Below are positions 12,916-25,128 of a stretch of 64,000 nt of DNA, piece after piece; within the stretch, counting starts at the first letter, position 1; every line of letters begins with the position of its first letter. A program made the translations under genes and the position numbers. This DNA is from Felis catus (taxonomy: Eukaryota). The stretch spans positions 72,418,001-72,482,000 of the forward strand of contig NC_058368.1 of the NCBI RefSeq assembly GCF_018350175.1, given 5' to 3'. The notes under the pieces were generated by a model. The model had not been told where the DNA came from. It searched no databases and saw nothing but the letters and a program-made list of their open reading frames with translations.

Positions 12916-14005
12916 CCTTACAAACCAGTATCCCTAAATGATATTGTAATCGTACATCTGAACATGTGTAGTGGACAAGGATCTCAGTCTCCAAGCTCAG
13001 ATGTTCCAGAAACACTCATTATTTTCTTACAGCCTAATTGAATTTTGATTATGAGTTGCATGCCAACTTCTATAATTCAACCAGTGTGGTGGAGGATTGA
13101 TATCGGCCCATTTAGGATTCTTTCTTTCCCTGGGATTGCAAGTGGCTTACATGGTACTGAAATGTTTGTGGGCAGGACTGGAGAGGGCTGTGTTCTGCAT
13201 TGCTACTGAAACCCACACCAGCACTGTCCCACAGTGGATCGGTGGTCCACCGAGTTTCCACAGCATGGCCCCTCCACCCTGTTCCAACCCTTTCCTTCTC
13301 CCGTGTCACATCCTGGTGTGAGGCACTGAGGTGAGCTGACTCCAGTCTGCCTTAAAACACCATCAACACTTTCTCCTTCCCCATCTCCCCACCCTTGGGG
13401 AAAAGGCTAAGCATTTGCTGTTTCTAAGAGACTGAGTGTGATGTTGAGGGAAGATGTTAAGAAAGGAACCAGTATTAAACTGCAGCTTCTGGTCGGCAAA
13501 ACCAGTGTCTCCTCTTCTTTAGGCAAAAGCCTATAAATTTCTTTTTAGTTTATCAAGAACCATGAAATGATGCTTCTTGTCTTGAAGCAACTTTTTAAAC
13601 ATGGATTGTTTGGTTAAAAATTATCATTAACAAGTATATTCACATAAACATTCAACTCCAAGTTATTTTGCCAGATAAATCTAATTTGTCTCTGTCTTCC
13701 TCAGGTAATTTTGTCATCTGTCTACACAGTATGAATCACCTTTAAAATTGTATCAACAGGTGCCACCGCCCTAGCACAGGGCAAACTTGTCTTAATCCTA
13801 TCAGTGCTACCTCTCTTGTCATTCAGAACCTCTCCTTAATTATTGGTTTATATTAATTACTTCAATGTACTGAACACTTGAAGCCAATTCAAGGGGAGAA
13901 GGACAGGTTATTGATGGGTACATGACTGAGTACATATTCTCAGTTTGTCTGATTTAGGAAACCTCCAGATGTGTATCACCTTGGTCCTAAGAAAATATGA
14001 TTCTT

Positions 14006-14193
14006 GGAGTGCCTGGGTGGCTCAATGGGTTAAGTATCTGACTCTTGTTTTTGGCTCAGGTTATGATCTTGCAGTTCCTGAGATAGAGTTCCACATCGGG
14101 CTCTGTGCTGACAGAATCCCCTTTTTTGGGATTCTGTCTTCATCTCTCTTGGTCTCTCCCCTTCCTCAAAATAAATAAATAAACTTAAAAAAA
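14006..14193 (+). mobile_element. CAN-SINE (older, diverged)
   Basis: SINE head and tail. TSD aagaaaatatgatt (13989-14002 / 14194-14207). Confidence 0.92.
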
Positions 14194-14457
14194 AAGAAAA
14201 TATGATTGTCTCTTACAAAGTCCAAGTCAAATACTCATAGATAGAATTTGTATTACCATCACTGTAACAACAACATCCATACCATGTTTATACCTAATAG
14301 AAATTGTCTTGTCTAATTTGACAGTCTTTATTTTACAGATTAGGAAACTGCTCAACCCACTTGTTCAGGTTCACTCAGCTAGTTAATTGTAGTTATGACT
14401 TGCTTCATCCACCCTCTTAACCAGTATACTTAGACATACAAATTGAAGACAATTCTT

Positions 14458-14562
14458 TTTTTTTTTTAGCTTTTAAGTATTAATTCCAGTATAGTCAACA
14501 TAGAGTGTTATAGTAGTTTCAGTTCAGTTCAGAATATAGTGATTCAGCAATTCTATACATTA
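14458..14562 (-). mobile_element. Short carnivore L1 3'-end fragment
   Basis: Poly(T), attaattccagtatagtcaacatagagtgttat...atatagtgattcagcaattctatacat. TSD tgaagacaattctt / tgaagacagttctt. Confidence 0.8.
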
Positions 14563-17500
14563 TGAAGACAGTTCTTGATGTCCAGAACTGACTATTATAG
14601 TCTCCTCTCTCATGCACACATGATAAAACACTCCTTTTCCTAGAAGGTAATAAACTTAGAAAATAAAATTAGTGACATCCACTAAAAATAAATATGTTCA
14701 AATTCATGATGGAATGTCAGGCAGGAGAAGCTTGGAAATATTTTGGGAGGAAACCTTTCGAAGGGAATATGATAGATGCTATCCAGGCCACCACAAAAGT
14801 ATCTTGATACCCGCATATCAGATAGAGGGTACTGTCCTCAGGGGACCATGGCCTAACCCAATGCTGCCTGATAAAAAATATATGCAGTGATGGTTATTTA
14901 TTAGCACTGTCCAATATGGTGTCCAGTTAACCTCTCTCTCTCTCTTTCACGCTTTTCTTTCTTTTTATTTCCTTTCTTCTCTTCTCTTCTTTTCTTTTCT
15001 TTTTTTCCTTCCTTCCTTCCTTCTTTCAAATAAAGGGAATAAATACAAGCTTTGGAGTAGACAAATGAAAGTTTAATTTCTAGTAAGAATATGAGCAAAT
15101 AACTGATTCTTTCCTTCCTAAGTGTGCACAGTAAGTAATAGCATTTACTAATATGGTTATTTTATGATTAATGGGACGATCCATGTAAAGTTTCTAATGG
15201 TGATCCTGTTGTAAATCATCTCTTGATGATTTGGTTATGATGATGGTCGTACTGATGCTAATAGTGTGTCCATTTAGCAAAAGGGATGAAAGTGTCATCT
15301 GTGTCTCATGTGCTACGCTGTACATTTCCTCATTGATATAGGAATATCTCACGTGCTGTTAATAATGTCATGTGTGTAAACAGTGGCTTGTGAACATGGA
15401 GGAGTTTGTCATCCATCAACATGTACATGTGCATTTTGAGGTAAGAGTTGAAATATTAGGCATATTAGCAAGAGAAGGATTTGCTGCAGATCACATGGGA
15501 CCTGCACTCAAATTTCCATCTTCTGTTTTCATCTGCTTTCCTCTCTGCACTATCATATTGCCTCTTAACACATAATATGGAAGAGTCTAATACTCACTGA
15601 AAAATAGAAATGTTTGTGGGACTTCACTAAAACTTTCTGATATGAAAGAAGGACAATAATTTGTTAGAATCAGTGCTTCAGTGTGATCAAAAATTTCAGA
15701 CGAAATGATTTTTCAGAAACATCTTCTGTTTTTTGAACAGACCATTAGCAGTGTTTTTCAGAGGGAAGCTTTATTTTGTTTTGATCTTACAACAGGAAAG
15801 TTTTAGGCCAAGCCCTTGAAATGAGCAAAATAGTGGCAAATGGTAGACAAAATCCAGTGTTCTTCAGGGATAAAACTTAAAGACGCAGTCTTTGGGCCAG
15901 GAAACATGCCAAGTCACGGATCCACTTCCATCTTGCACCATTGTCATAGCTCCGTGGAGGAGACAGCTTCTAATCGTGTTCTTAAAGGGTAATCACTGTC
16001 CTGTTCAGGATGTCCTGCTGACTCCACGGGGATGCTAGCAGGATGTGAGAGACATCACAAGGCTGACTCACTGAAACCGAGGGATTTAGCAAATGCAGGA
16101 AAGGAAAGCAAGTTTAAGCTGAGAATGTAAGTGATTTGCTGAGAAGCCAGAGCAACAGAGAAAACCTTTCTTCACAAGGGTGCCCGGTGCATTTAAAACA
16201 GCTCTAGCTATCAGAATTTTTTTTCTTTTATTAAGCTGAAATATGTTCATGTGGTGGAGCTCTTAGGTGGTTCACTGATGGGGGTTTATTCAGTCAGCAA
16301 ATATTGAGTGTCTACTCTGTGCTAGTATCTACTGTATCCTGTCTGCACAGTTCTGGGTCTCAGGAGCAAGTCGGGGGTCTTTGCGCTCATGATAGTTACA
16401 TTTAGTGAAAATAACAAAAAAAAGTCAGATTTGAGAAGCTTTAAATGCAGACACAGGAAGACATTGTTTGATCTAGGCAGACAGGTGGCAAAGAACAGAA
16501 GCAAAGAGGAGCAGGAACATAAGGTCTTAGGAAAATGAAGCAACATCTTCAAAGGGAAAGAAAGCATTTGGTTGTCCAGCTGCAGGCAAAATAATGCTAA
16601 TGGACAGACATCTCGATACACGTTCATTTCTCATCCAAAGATTTCATGCAGAGCTTCCCCCCCCTTTTGTGTAAACTAAATGGAAATAATGCTGCTTTAT
16701 GAAAATCGACTCTTTGACTACCTTTCCCAGAGCATAACTGTTCTGTGAAACAAAAGCAATTGCTCACCCTAGATCCTTTGTCCTTGAAATAAATATTTGG
16801 TCCTACATCCAAGATTTTTTAGGAAATTGATTTAAGTGCTGGAACTGTTTCAGTAATCTGTGAATGACCCTAAATTACCTATTCATAGGAAGAGAAGGCC
16901 AGGGCTGGATGGCAAACAAAGTAGCCTTTTCATTCCTCCCATGACTTCCTCTCCTTGGCAAACCATCCCGTTCTCTTCGCAGGAGCCCGGCTCCCTGCCT
17001 CTCTGGCCCACGACGCTGGTTCAGAAGATGGCCTGGAGCGCATGGCATGCCACCCACTATATTGGAAGCTGAAAGTGTTTTTGCTAGCTGAATGTCAAAT
17101 TAATGAGGTTTTACTATCTAGATAGCATGTATTGACAAAAATACCATGTACCTTTACTGACAGTGAACCTCCTGTTCTGGATTAATGCTAATCCAAGGTT
17201 GCTTGTTTTTCATATTAGAAAACCATGGCCTTGTCATTAGCGCAGGTGACTTCTCAAATGTCAGAAATGAAACGCTTTGCTTATTCACGGAAGGAGTGTG
17301 CGTTGTTCATGTTCAGGGTCACTTATTTTTATTTTCTTAACGGCACTTTGAACTTAAAACAGATGTGCACCGGGCAGCTCTTAGAGCATCTGTGGCTGTA
17401 AAAGAAAATAATGCCATGCGCTCCTGGGTTGCTCCATTATAGAGATCCTCAGTTTTGTCCCTGCACCCGTCTGCGTCACTCGCAGTGATTCAGGACCAGC

Positions 17501-17784
17501 TTGTGGGAGGGACAGCCATTCCACACTGCCTTGAGCAATTGCCGCAGACTATGATGGCTTTCCCCAGAGCTTTCCTCTCTGCTTCTCAGACTGGTCTGCG
17601 TGGTGGAGGCAAAACTCGAGGGCTGAGAATTACAGACTGTGGCCAAATGAGTTGTCACTCCCTGGTCCAATGTGGGCGAGAGCAGGGAGAAGGTGACAGA
17701 ACCATTTTTACTGCAGTTAAGTGTGATTAATCGATGCCTTTCTAATGAGATTAAGGGGGGGAAAATCTTTTTTTCTTTCTTTCT

Positions 17785-17818
<34 letters not shown>

Positions 17819-18805
17819 CAGCTCTCCTCTACTCTGGGAGTTAATTTAATGCATTCAGCAGAAGCTATATGGCAGGGAACAATTGCTCCCTTGCTGGAAA
17901 TTCTCCCAATTAAGCATAGACTATCTTAAACAACAACAACAACAATACTATTGATGATACGCTTTAAATCATATATAAATATGATCATTTCACATTGCCT
18001 CATCATGATTTACTTTTTTAAAGAGGAAATAATTCCATTTTTTTATTGGTGAAAGATTGAGATAGATTGTAAGAGTCAGTGTTTTCTCACTCATTCCTTT
18101 TGTAATTATTGTTCAATCAAAACTTAAAATATGACACTAGAGCTTGATACCCAGAGTAGGGAATGTCAAAAAAATGAAGCCATCTCATGTCTGGGAAAGA
18201 TATTGATGGTCATTAGACAAACTGATTATTTGTATAGTTATCACCATTGATGTAATTTTACATGTGTTTGTGTAATTACTTGATTGCTAACTGTCTTCTC
18301 TACTAAAGTATGAGGTCTATGAAGACAGGACTCATAGATGTATGGGCTCATCACCTCTTTCAGAGCATCGAACACAGCCCTTGGTATAGAGTTGGCACTC
18401 TGCTTTAATGTCTGTTGAATTAAAAGAATGAATGAATGAACCTAATACCTATGATTAGAGTTTTACAGAGTTTCTTTTAAAAATGCTTGTCTAAACTTTT
18501 TTGAACACCTCTAGCAACAGAGAAGACCTTTGTTCACAAGGGGACCCAATGCATTTTAAACAGTTTTGGCCGTTAGAAAGTTTTTTTCTTTGGTTAAACT
18601 GAAATATATTCATGTATAGACTTTACTATTCAAAAATAGAATCTGATGTTGTGTAGAGTAGCATGAGTAGTCATCAGAGACCATCTTCTTTATGTCATTT
18701 ATGTCCAGATCCATTTGCTTTTATTGTTTGTTATTCCTTCACGTCATTTAAGCACTGTTCACAAAGCTCGTTTAGTTATTAATTACAATTAGCTAAAACT
18801 GTTTT

Positions 18806-19013
18806 TTTAATTTTTTTTTTACATTTTATTTATTTTTGATAGACAGAGGACAAGTGGGGAGGGGCAGAGAGAGACAGAGACAAAGAATCCGAAGCAGGCT
18901 CCAGGCCTGAGCTGTCAGCACAGAGCCCAACGCAGGACTTGAACTCACAAACCGTGAAATCATGACCCGAACCGAAGTCGGATGCTCAACCGACTGAGCC
19001 ATCCAGACGACCC
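18806..19013 (-). mobile_element. CAN-SINE
   Basis: TSD agctaaaactgtttt (18791-18805 / 19014-19028). Confidence 0.95.
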
Positions 19014-19749
19014 AGCTAAAACTGTTTTAAGAAAGGATTTTGTTGGGGAAAAAATATGGGTACTATATAAAAGTCATTCGTAATTAAAATGAAATTGGCT
19101 CAAAGCTACATTTTCTTAAGCTCTTTTTCCTGCCTGTTTTCCTGGCCACCTTATTTTGTCCATAGGCTACTCTGCCAATACAGTGGTTCCTATTTTAATA
19201 TCTGGGAAAAAAATTAGGTCTCTTACTCTTCCATCATTCCAAGTGTGTTTAAGTTCTGTTTTATTTTCAAAGCATTAAGTATTCTGAAGAATATATGTCA
19301 GTTCTTTAGAAGGCAGAAATGGCTGCAATTATATTATTTCTGTTTGCTGTTTATTAAGACAGGTGATATGTGCACATATGAAAACATTCTCACTATCTGA
19401 CATTAAAACTTTACAGATAAAGCTAAAGACCTCTTTAAACAGTAATACCTCATTCTGTTTTCCATCCCAGAAATAAACTAGCATCAATTTCATGTTTAGT
19501 CTTCCAGTTATTTATATATAATTTAAGTATATAATTTATAGAAATTAAAGATGTTATATATAAATTATAAATGATATATAAATTATATAAATATAGTATA
19601 TAAAATATATATACTATATAATTGATTTATGGATTATTTTATATTATATATATATATTTCACATGCATACATGCCCACACATATACATATGTACATATAT
19701 ACACACAAACACATGCACACCTACTTGTAAGCAATAGAAACCAACTCTT

Positions 19750-19970
19750 GTTTTCTTTTAATTTTTTTAAAATCTTTTTATTTTTGAGAGATGGAGAGGG
19801 AGAGACAGAGTATGAGCGGGGGAGGAATAGAGAGAGAGGGAGACACAGAATCTGAAGCAGGCTTCAGGCTGTCATCACAGAGCCTGATGTGGGGCTCAAA
19901 CTCATGAACTGTGAGATCATGACCTGAGCCAAAGTTGGACACTTAACTGACTGAGCCACTCAGGTGCCCC
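19750..19970 (-). mobile_element. CAN-SINE
   Basis: TSD agaaaccaactctt (19736-19749 / 19971-19984). Confidence 0.95.
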
Positions 19971-19999
19971 AGAAACCAACTCTTTCTAATGAAATTTAC

Positions 20000-20585
20000 T
20001 AATCAACTAAATTTATTGAGGCATATCATGTACTAGGCACTGTTGTAGGGACAAGAATATGGCAATGAATCAAGTGCCTGCTCTCATCAAGCTTATATTT
20101 TAGATGAGGAAGGCAAAGACATAAGCAAATAAAGTAATTTCAGAGAATGACTCTTCAGAGAGTGATACCTATGAGAAATTTCACGACAGAGATGTGACCG
20201 TGGCAAGAAGAGCTACTTCTGAGTGGCTGATCAGGGCAGGTTTCTCTGAAGTGACACTATTTTTATTGGGAAGTAAATTGTGACAATGAGCTGGGCCTGC
20301 TAATGTCTGTGGAAGGAGTAGTTCAGGCAAAAAGAACAGCAAAATAGGAGACCCTGATGCACACATAACTTGGAATGTTGAAAGCATAGAAAGGACAGTA
20401 GGGCAGGAGCAAAGGAGAGTTAGATAGGAAATCAGAGAATCCATCAGAGTCTGTTTGCCTCCATCTAGACAGGAAATTTTTGTCACAAGAGTAATGGGAG
20501 GCTATTAAAGGATTTTAAGCAAGAGTGTGTTGTTACAGGATCTGATTTGCTTTAAATTTATCACTCTGGCTTTAGTGTAGAGATA
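20000..20585 (-). mobile_element. L2 LINE 3' fragment
   Basis: atttattgaggcatatcatgtactaggcactgttgtaggg...ggaggctattaaaggattttaagcaagag...gatctgattt...tcactctggct. Confidence 0.75.
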
Positions 20586-20594
20586 ACAATGAAT

Positions 20595-22310
20595 TTTTCT
20601 TGCTTATTTGTCAGAAATCAATTGACCATGTATTTGTGGGTTTATTTCAGGACTTTATTCTCTTCCAGTGATCTGTGTTTCTTTCTTTTTGCCAACCCCA
20701 CACTGTTTTGGTTAAGGTAACTTTATAGTAAACACTGAAATTATATTATGTAATTTCTCCTGGTGGTATTTTGCAATTTTTACTGTACATGCATTTAGCA
20801 TTTGGATACTATTCTAAATGGATTGTATTATTGATTTCATTTTTCAGTACATTGTTGGTAGTGTACGGAAATATATTCAATTTCTGTGCATTGGCCATTA
20901 TCCTGCATATGTGCTACATTCACTTAGTTTTAGGAGCTTTTTTTTTTTTTTTTGAATTGAAGATTCCTTAGGCTGTGACAACCTAAACAATCACGTTGTT
21001 TGCAGAAAGACAGTTTTCATTTTTACTTTCTTATCTGGATGCTTTTTAATCCTTTTTCTTGCCTCATTACATTGGCTAGGACCCCAGCCTAATGTTGAAC
21101 TGAAGTGGTGAATAGATATCCTTGCCTTGTTCTCTATCTTAGGAACTCTTCACCATGATGCATAATGTCAGCTTCAGGTTTTTGTAGGTGATCTTTATCA
21201 GGTTTAGGAAGTTCCCTTCTGTTACTGTGATCTTGAGAGTTTTTGTCATGATTAAGTGTTGAATTTTTGTCAAATGATCTTTCTGCATGTTTTGTGTTGG
21301 TATGTGGCTTCTTTATTCTGACAACTTGGTAAATTATCTAGTTTTATTTTTGAATTTTAAGGCCAGTTGAATTCCTGGGATAAACCTCAGTTTATCATGA
21401 TGTATTATTCTTTAAAAATATGTATGGATTCAATCTGGTAATCTTTTTTCATGAAAAATCAGTCTGCAGTTTTTTGTTCTTGTATCTTTGGTATTTTTAT
21501 CAGTGTTGCTGGCCTCATGAAATCAGTTGGTAAGTATATCTTCCTTCTCTATAAATCAGAGAGTTTACACAGGAGTCATATTTCTTAAATTTTTGATAGA
21601 ATTCACCAGTGAAGCCATTTGGTCTGGTGTTTTCTTCATGCAAAAGTACTTCATTATAAATTTGTGTTTTTACCAGGGCTATTAAGATTTTTCCTCTTTT
21701 GTCAGATTTTGTTGTTTCTATCTTTCAATGAACTTATCCATTTCATCTGCTTTTTAATTTATTGACATCAAGCTGTTCATAATATTGTCTTATTTTCCTT
21801 TTCGGCATTCAAAGAATCTCTAATTGTGCCCACTCTAATTCCTGACATTCTAATTTGGGTATTCTTTGTGTTTTTTTTCCTTAATGTTTATTTATTTTTG
21901 AGAGAGAGAGAGAAAGAGAGAGAAAGTGAGTGGGGAGGGGCAGAGAGAGAGAGGATGACAGAGGATCTGAAGTAGTGTCCAGGCTCTGAGCTGTTGGCCC
22001 CGATGTGGGGCTCGAACCCATGAACTGTGAGATCATGACTGAAGCTGAAACCAAAACCATGACCAAGCTTAACCATCTGAGACACCAGGTACCTCTTCTT
22101 CAAGTTTTTAACAGTGTACATTGTTACTTAACTTCATTGATCTTTCCAAAAAACTCATTAATTTTGGTTTCATTAATTTTCCCTATAGTTTTTTATTTCA
22201 TTTATTTTAGCTCTTATATTTATTAATTTCTCTGTGCTACTTTGCACTCTTCCTAGCTTCCTAAGGGAAACATCTATTATATCATTGATTTTAGAATTTT
22301 CTTATTCTGT
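20595..22310 (-). mobile_element. Old L1 ORF2 fragment (antisense), containing a SINE
   Basis: aaatcaattgaccatgtatttgtgggtttatttcaggact, tttaggaagttcccttct, ttgatagaattcaccagtgaagccatttggtctgg are typical antisense L1 ORF2 words. Confidence 0.85.
21871..22095 (-). mobile_element. CAN-SINE inside L1
   Basis: ttaatgtttatttatttttgagagag...ctcgaacccatgaactgtgagatcatgac. Confidence 0.92.
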
Positions 22311-22429
22311 TTTGTTATTATTATTTTACTTCATATATTTCTAATTTGGTTTCTTTAGAATGCTTATTTTCTAGATATTAAATTTATATCATGAACATTT
22401 TCTGATATCATTAAGTAGTTTTTAAAATG

Positions 22430-23440
22430 AAAACCACAGAAGAGGGATCTCTGTGAAGGTAGCAAAGATATTCTGAAATTAAAAGTTATGTAAAGAGTAA
22501 TTTTCTATTAAAATTGAGACCAAATTTCCTCATAAGATATTGTAGGACAAAGGAGAATAAAGAGAAAAATAACATCCTTAGATGTAATTAAGAACAGGTC
22601 AGTTGGACCAGACAAAAATTGTAACTTTGTATTTCAAGGTTAAGACATTAAGAAAATAATGCAAGACATGGAATGACATCATAAAACAATTAGGAAACCA
22701 AGAAATTAGGTACTAGGACATGGAAAAATAGAAATGAAAAAATATATTTCAGAAATGAAGACTAAGCTAGTAGTACCACAGGAGCAAATAAAAACTTAGA
22801 CAATGCCTTAAGAGAAACTGAAGGTGAAAATTAGGAAAATTTTGAAAATGAGAAATAAATGAAGAGAGATAGAAGAATTTGAGAGAAAGTAATATGTACT
22901 GAAGAAAGGTAAATAAGTTCTGAAATATGGGTAACAGGAATCCCTAAAGAAGAAAGTGAAAGCAAGGGACAGAACAGATTGTAAAAAGTATAATTTGAGG
23001 AGAAGTTCCTGCATTGAAAAAAAGAAAGAAAAGATTTAAAATACATATTGAAAGAACATACTGAGTATCTGAGATTATTGAACCAAATGAACCAAGACCA
23101 AGATATGTTTTAATATAATTACTGAACTGCTGAAGAAAAAGAAACTTCTTTGGGCGTCTAGGAAAAACAGTGACATAAGGAAATGAAAATATGATTATCA
23201 TCAGAATTTTGACAGCCGTGTCTTATTCTAGAAGAGAATAAGGTAATATATTAAGATAATCAAAAAGAGAACATGTCAACCAAGAATTTTATACTTAGCA
23301 AAACTGACTTTCAAATATCAAAGACACAAATTGTTTTGTATATGCGAGAACACAGAGAATAATGTTCTCATGAATACTTCTTGAGTGATCTAATAAAGAA
23401 TGAATCTCAGACAACCAAAATGACAAGAAAGAAAATTGAT
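22430..23440 (+). mobile_element. Degenerate L1 ORF1-like fragment (HAL1/L1ME type)
   Basis: A-rich. Local translation GIPKEESESKGTEQIVKSII*GEV resembles the ORF1p IGIPEEE motif. caaccaagaattttatacttagcaaaactgactttcaa follows. Confidence 0.7.
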
Positions 23441-23636
23441 AGGTGGTAAGCTTTAAATTTATTGTTACCTATGTTGAATAAGTCTTATTGCCATACTAAG
23501 ACTAGATTAGAATGAGCCTCAGTATAGAAGTATGAATAAATGAGGTTCGAAGGAAAAGGGTATGGTGTGTAATGGCTATATATTTATACAATGCATTACT
23601 AGAGAATCAAATGACATTTATAATTCCTTTTGTGTA

Positions 23637-23642
<6 letters not shown>

Positions 23643-23677
<35 letters not shown>
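23643..23677. repeat. (TG)n microsatellite
   Basis: About 17 TG units. Confidence 0.97.
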
Positions 23678-23682
<5 letters not shown>

Positions 23683-25010
23683 TATATAGTAATGACTACA
23701 AGTAGATCTTATACTTCTTAAAGAGCAATTTCAATGATACTGGTAATTATATTCTTGCTTTTGCTTTTTGGAATTACCTTCCAAGTGTAAAGGAATTCCA
23801 GGTATCAGGGTGATCTTTCTTTCCACACTCCTATTTCTGCACAGGTTTTCATTTAGATAGTTTCTCCCCTAAGATTGTTTTTGCCATTATTTCCTAGCTC
23901 CCAGAACCTTCCCTTTTGATGGTGGACCTCCAAAACCAGGCTGAAAGTAAAATTTGTTTATACTAGTGTGTATTCCTAGGGCCTTTTCGTTGTAATAGAA
24001 ATTAATATTATTTTTGTTTCACATGTTGATATTTTTAATATTTAACATTGTTTGTATATGTTTGGTAATTTCATATATAGCTCTCAGTTTCCAAAAAGTT
24101 AACAAAGAATGGAATCTAATTTACTTTCTAAATTTCATATAATCTGTAACTCAGCATATATGATGGATATTCATGACAAACTGCATGATTTCACTAATGC
24201 TGTTGAGCAGTTCTTCAGAAAGTTAGGCATGGATCTGTGGAATATACTGATGAGATTTTGACCCATTATGGTGGTTATTGATCTAAAAACACATTTCTGG
24301 GACATGTTGTACGTGAGTAACAATAGTTTCCAGTGAGCTGGTCTTGGGCTGACCATCTGTTCCAAGTTCTTATAGGGCAAACCACACATATGGTGGTGTT
24401 TGGTTGGGCCTGGGCTCATGTCAAAATAATGACTAAGAAAAGTCAAATCGCATGTTTGAAAGCATCCTGAAGATTGTTTTTTCCTTTCCCTCTCTCTCAC
24501 TCTTTCTTTGTCTCATTTTTTTTTCAGTATTGAAACTGCTAGAGGAGTTCCAATTCATTCTATAAAGATATATTATAGGAAAATTATGTTGATTTTCAAA
24601 ACTTTTGGATGTATATGAGATAAAATATAAATGATAGCCAAGTTCATGAAATTCAACTGAAATATCTAAATTATATACTTAGCTTCAATTGTTAATTAAA
24701 AGAAATCTTATAGTAGTTTGTTTAAATCAGAGCTCTTCAATATTACTTCATATCATTAAAAATTGACTAAAAACTTCAGTATCACTTCATGAAATTAAAA
24801 AGTGACTAAAAGAGTTTAGAAAACAAATAATTGTTTACATGGTAAGACTTCAGGGCTTACTATTTCTACTAGGCCACTACTGGACTGAAATTCCTTCTTG
24901 TATCTTACTTTCAGTGTTAGCTTTCCACAGTCATTACTGTTCATTCACTTATTCAGTTGCCAAGTATGTATCCAGGTCTTCCTATTTTTTGGGGGGTAGA
25001 TACCATGTTT

Positions 25011-25128
25011 CTTTTTTCATTTTATTGAGCTATAATTGACATATAATGTGATTATCAGTTTCAGGTGTGAAACGTGATTCAGTATATGTATATATTGAAA
25101 AATGATGTCCATAATCAGTTTAGTTAAC
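25011..25128 (-). mobile_element. Short L1 3'-end fragment
   Basis: ttttattgagctataattgacatataat...gtttcaggtgt...agtttagttaaca, with degenerate agatac flanking repeats. Confidence 0.72.

Noticed and set aside
24155..24255. Possible C/D-box snoRNA (atgatgg...ctga)
   Set aside because: Imperfect C box, no terminal stem and no recognisable guide sequence.
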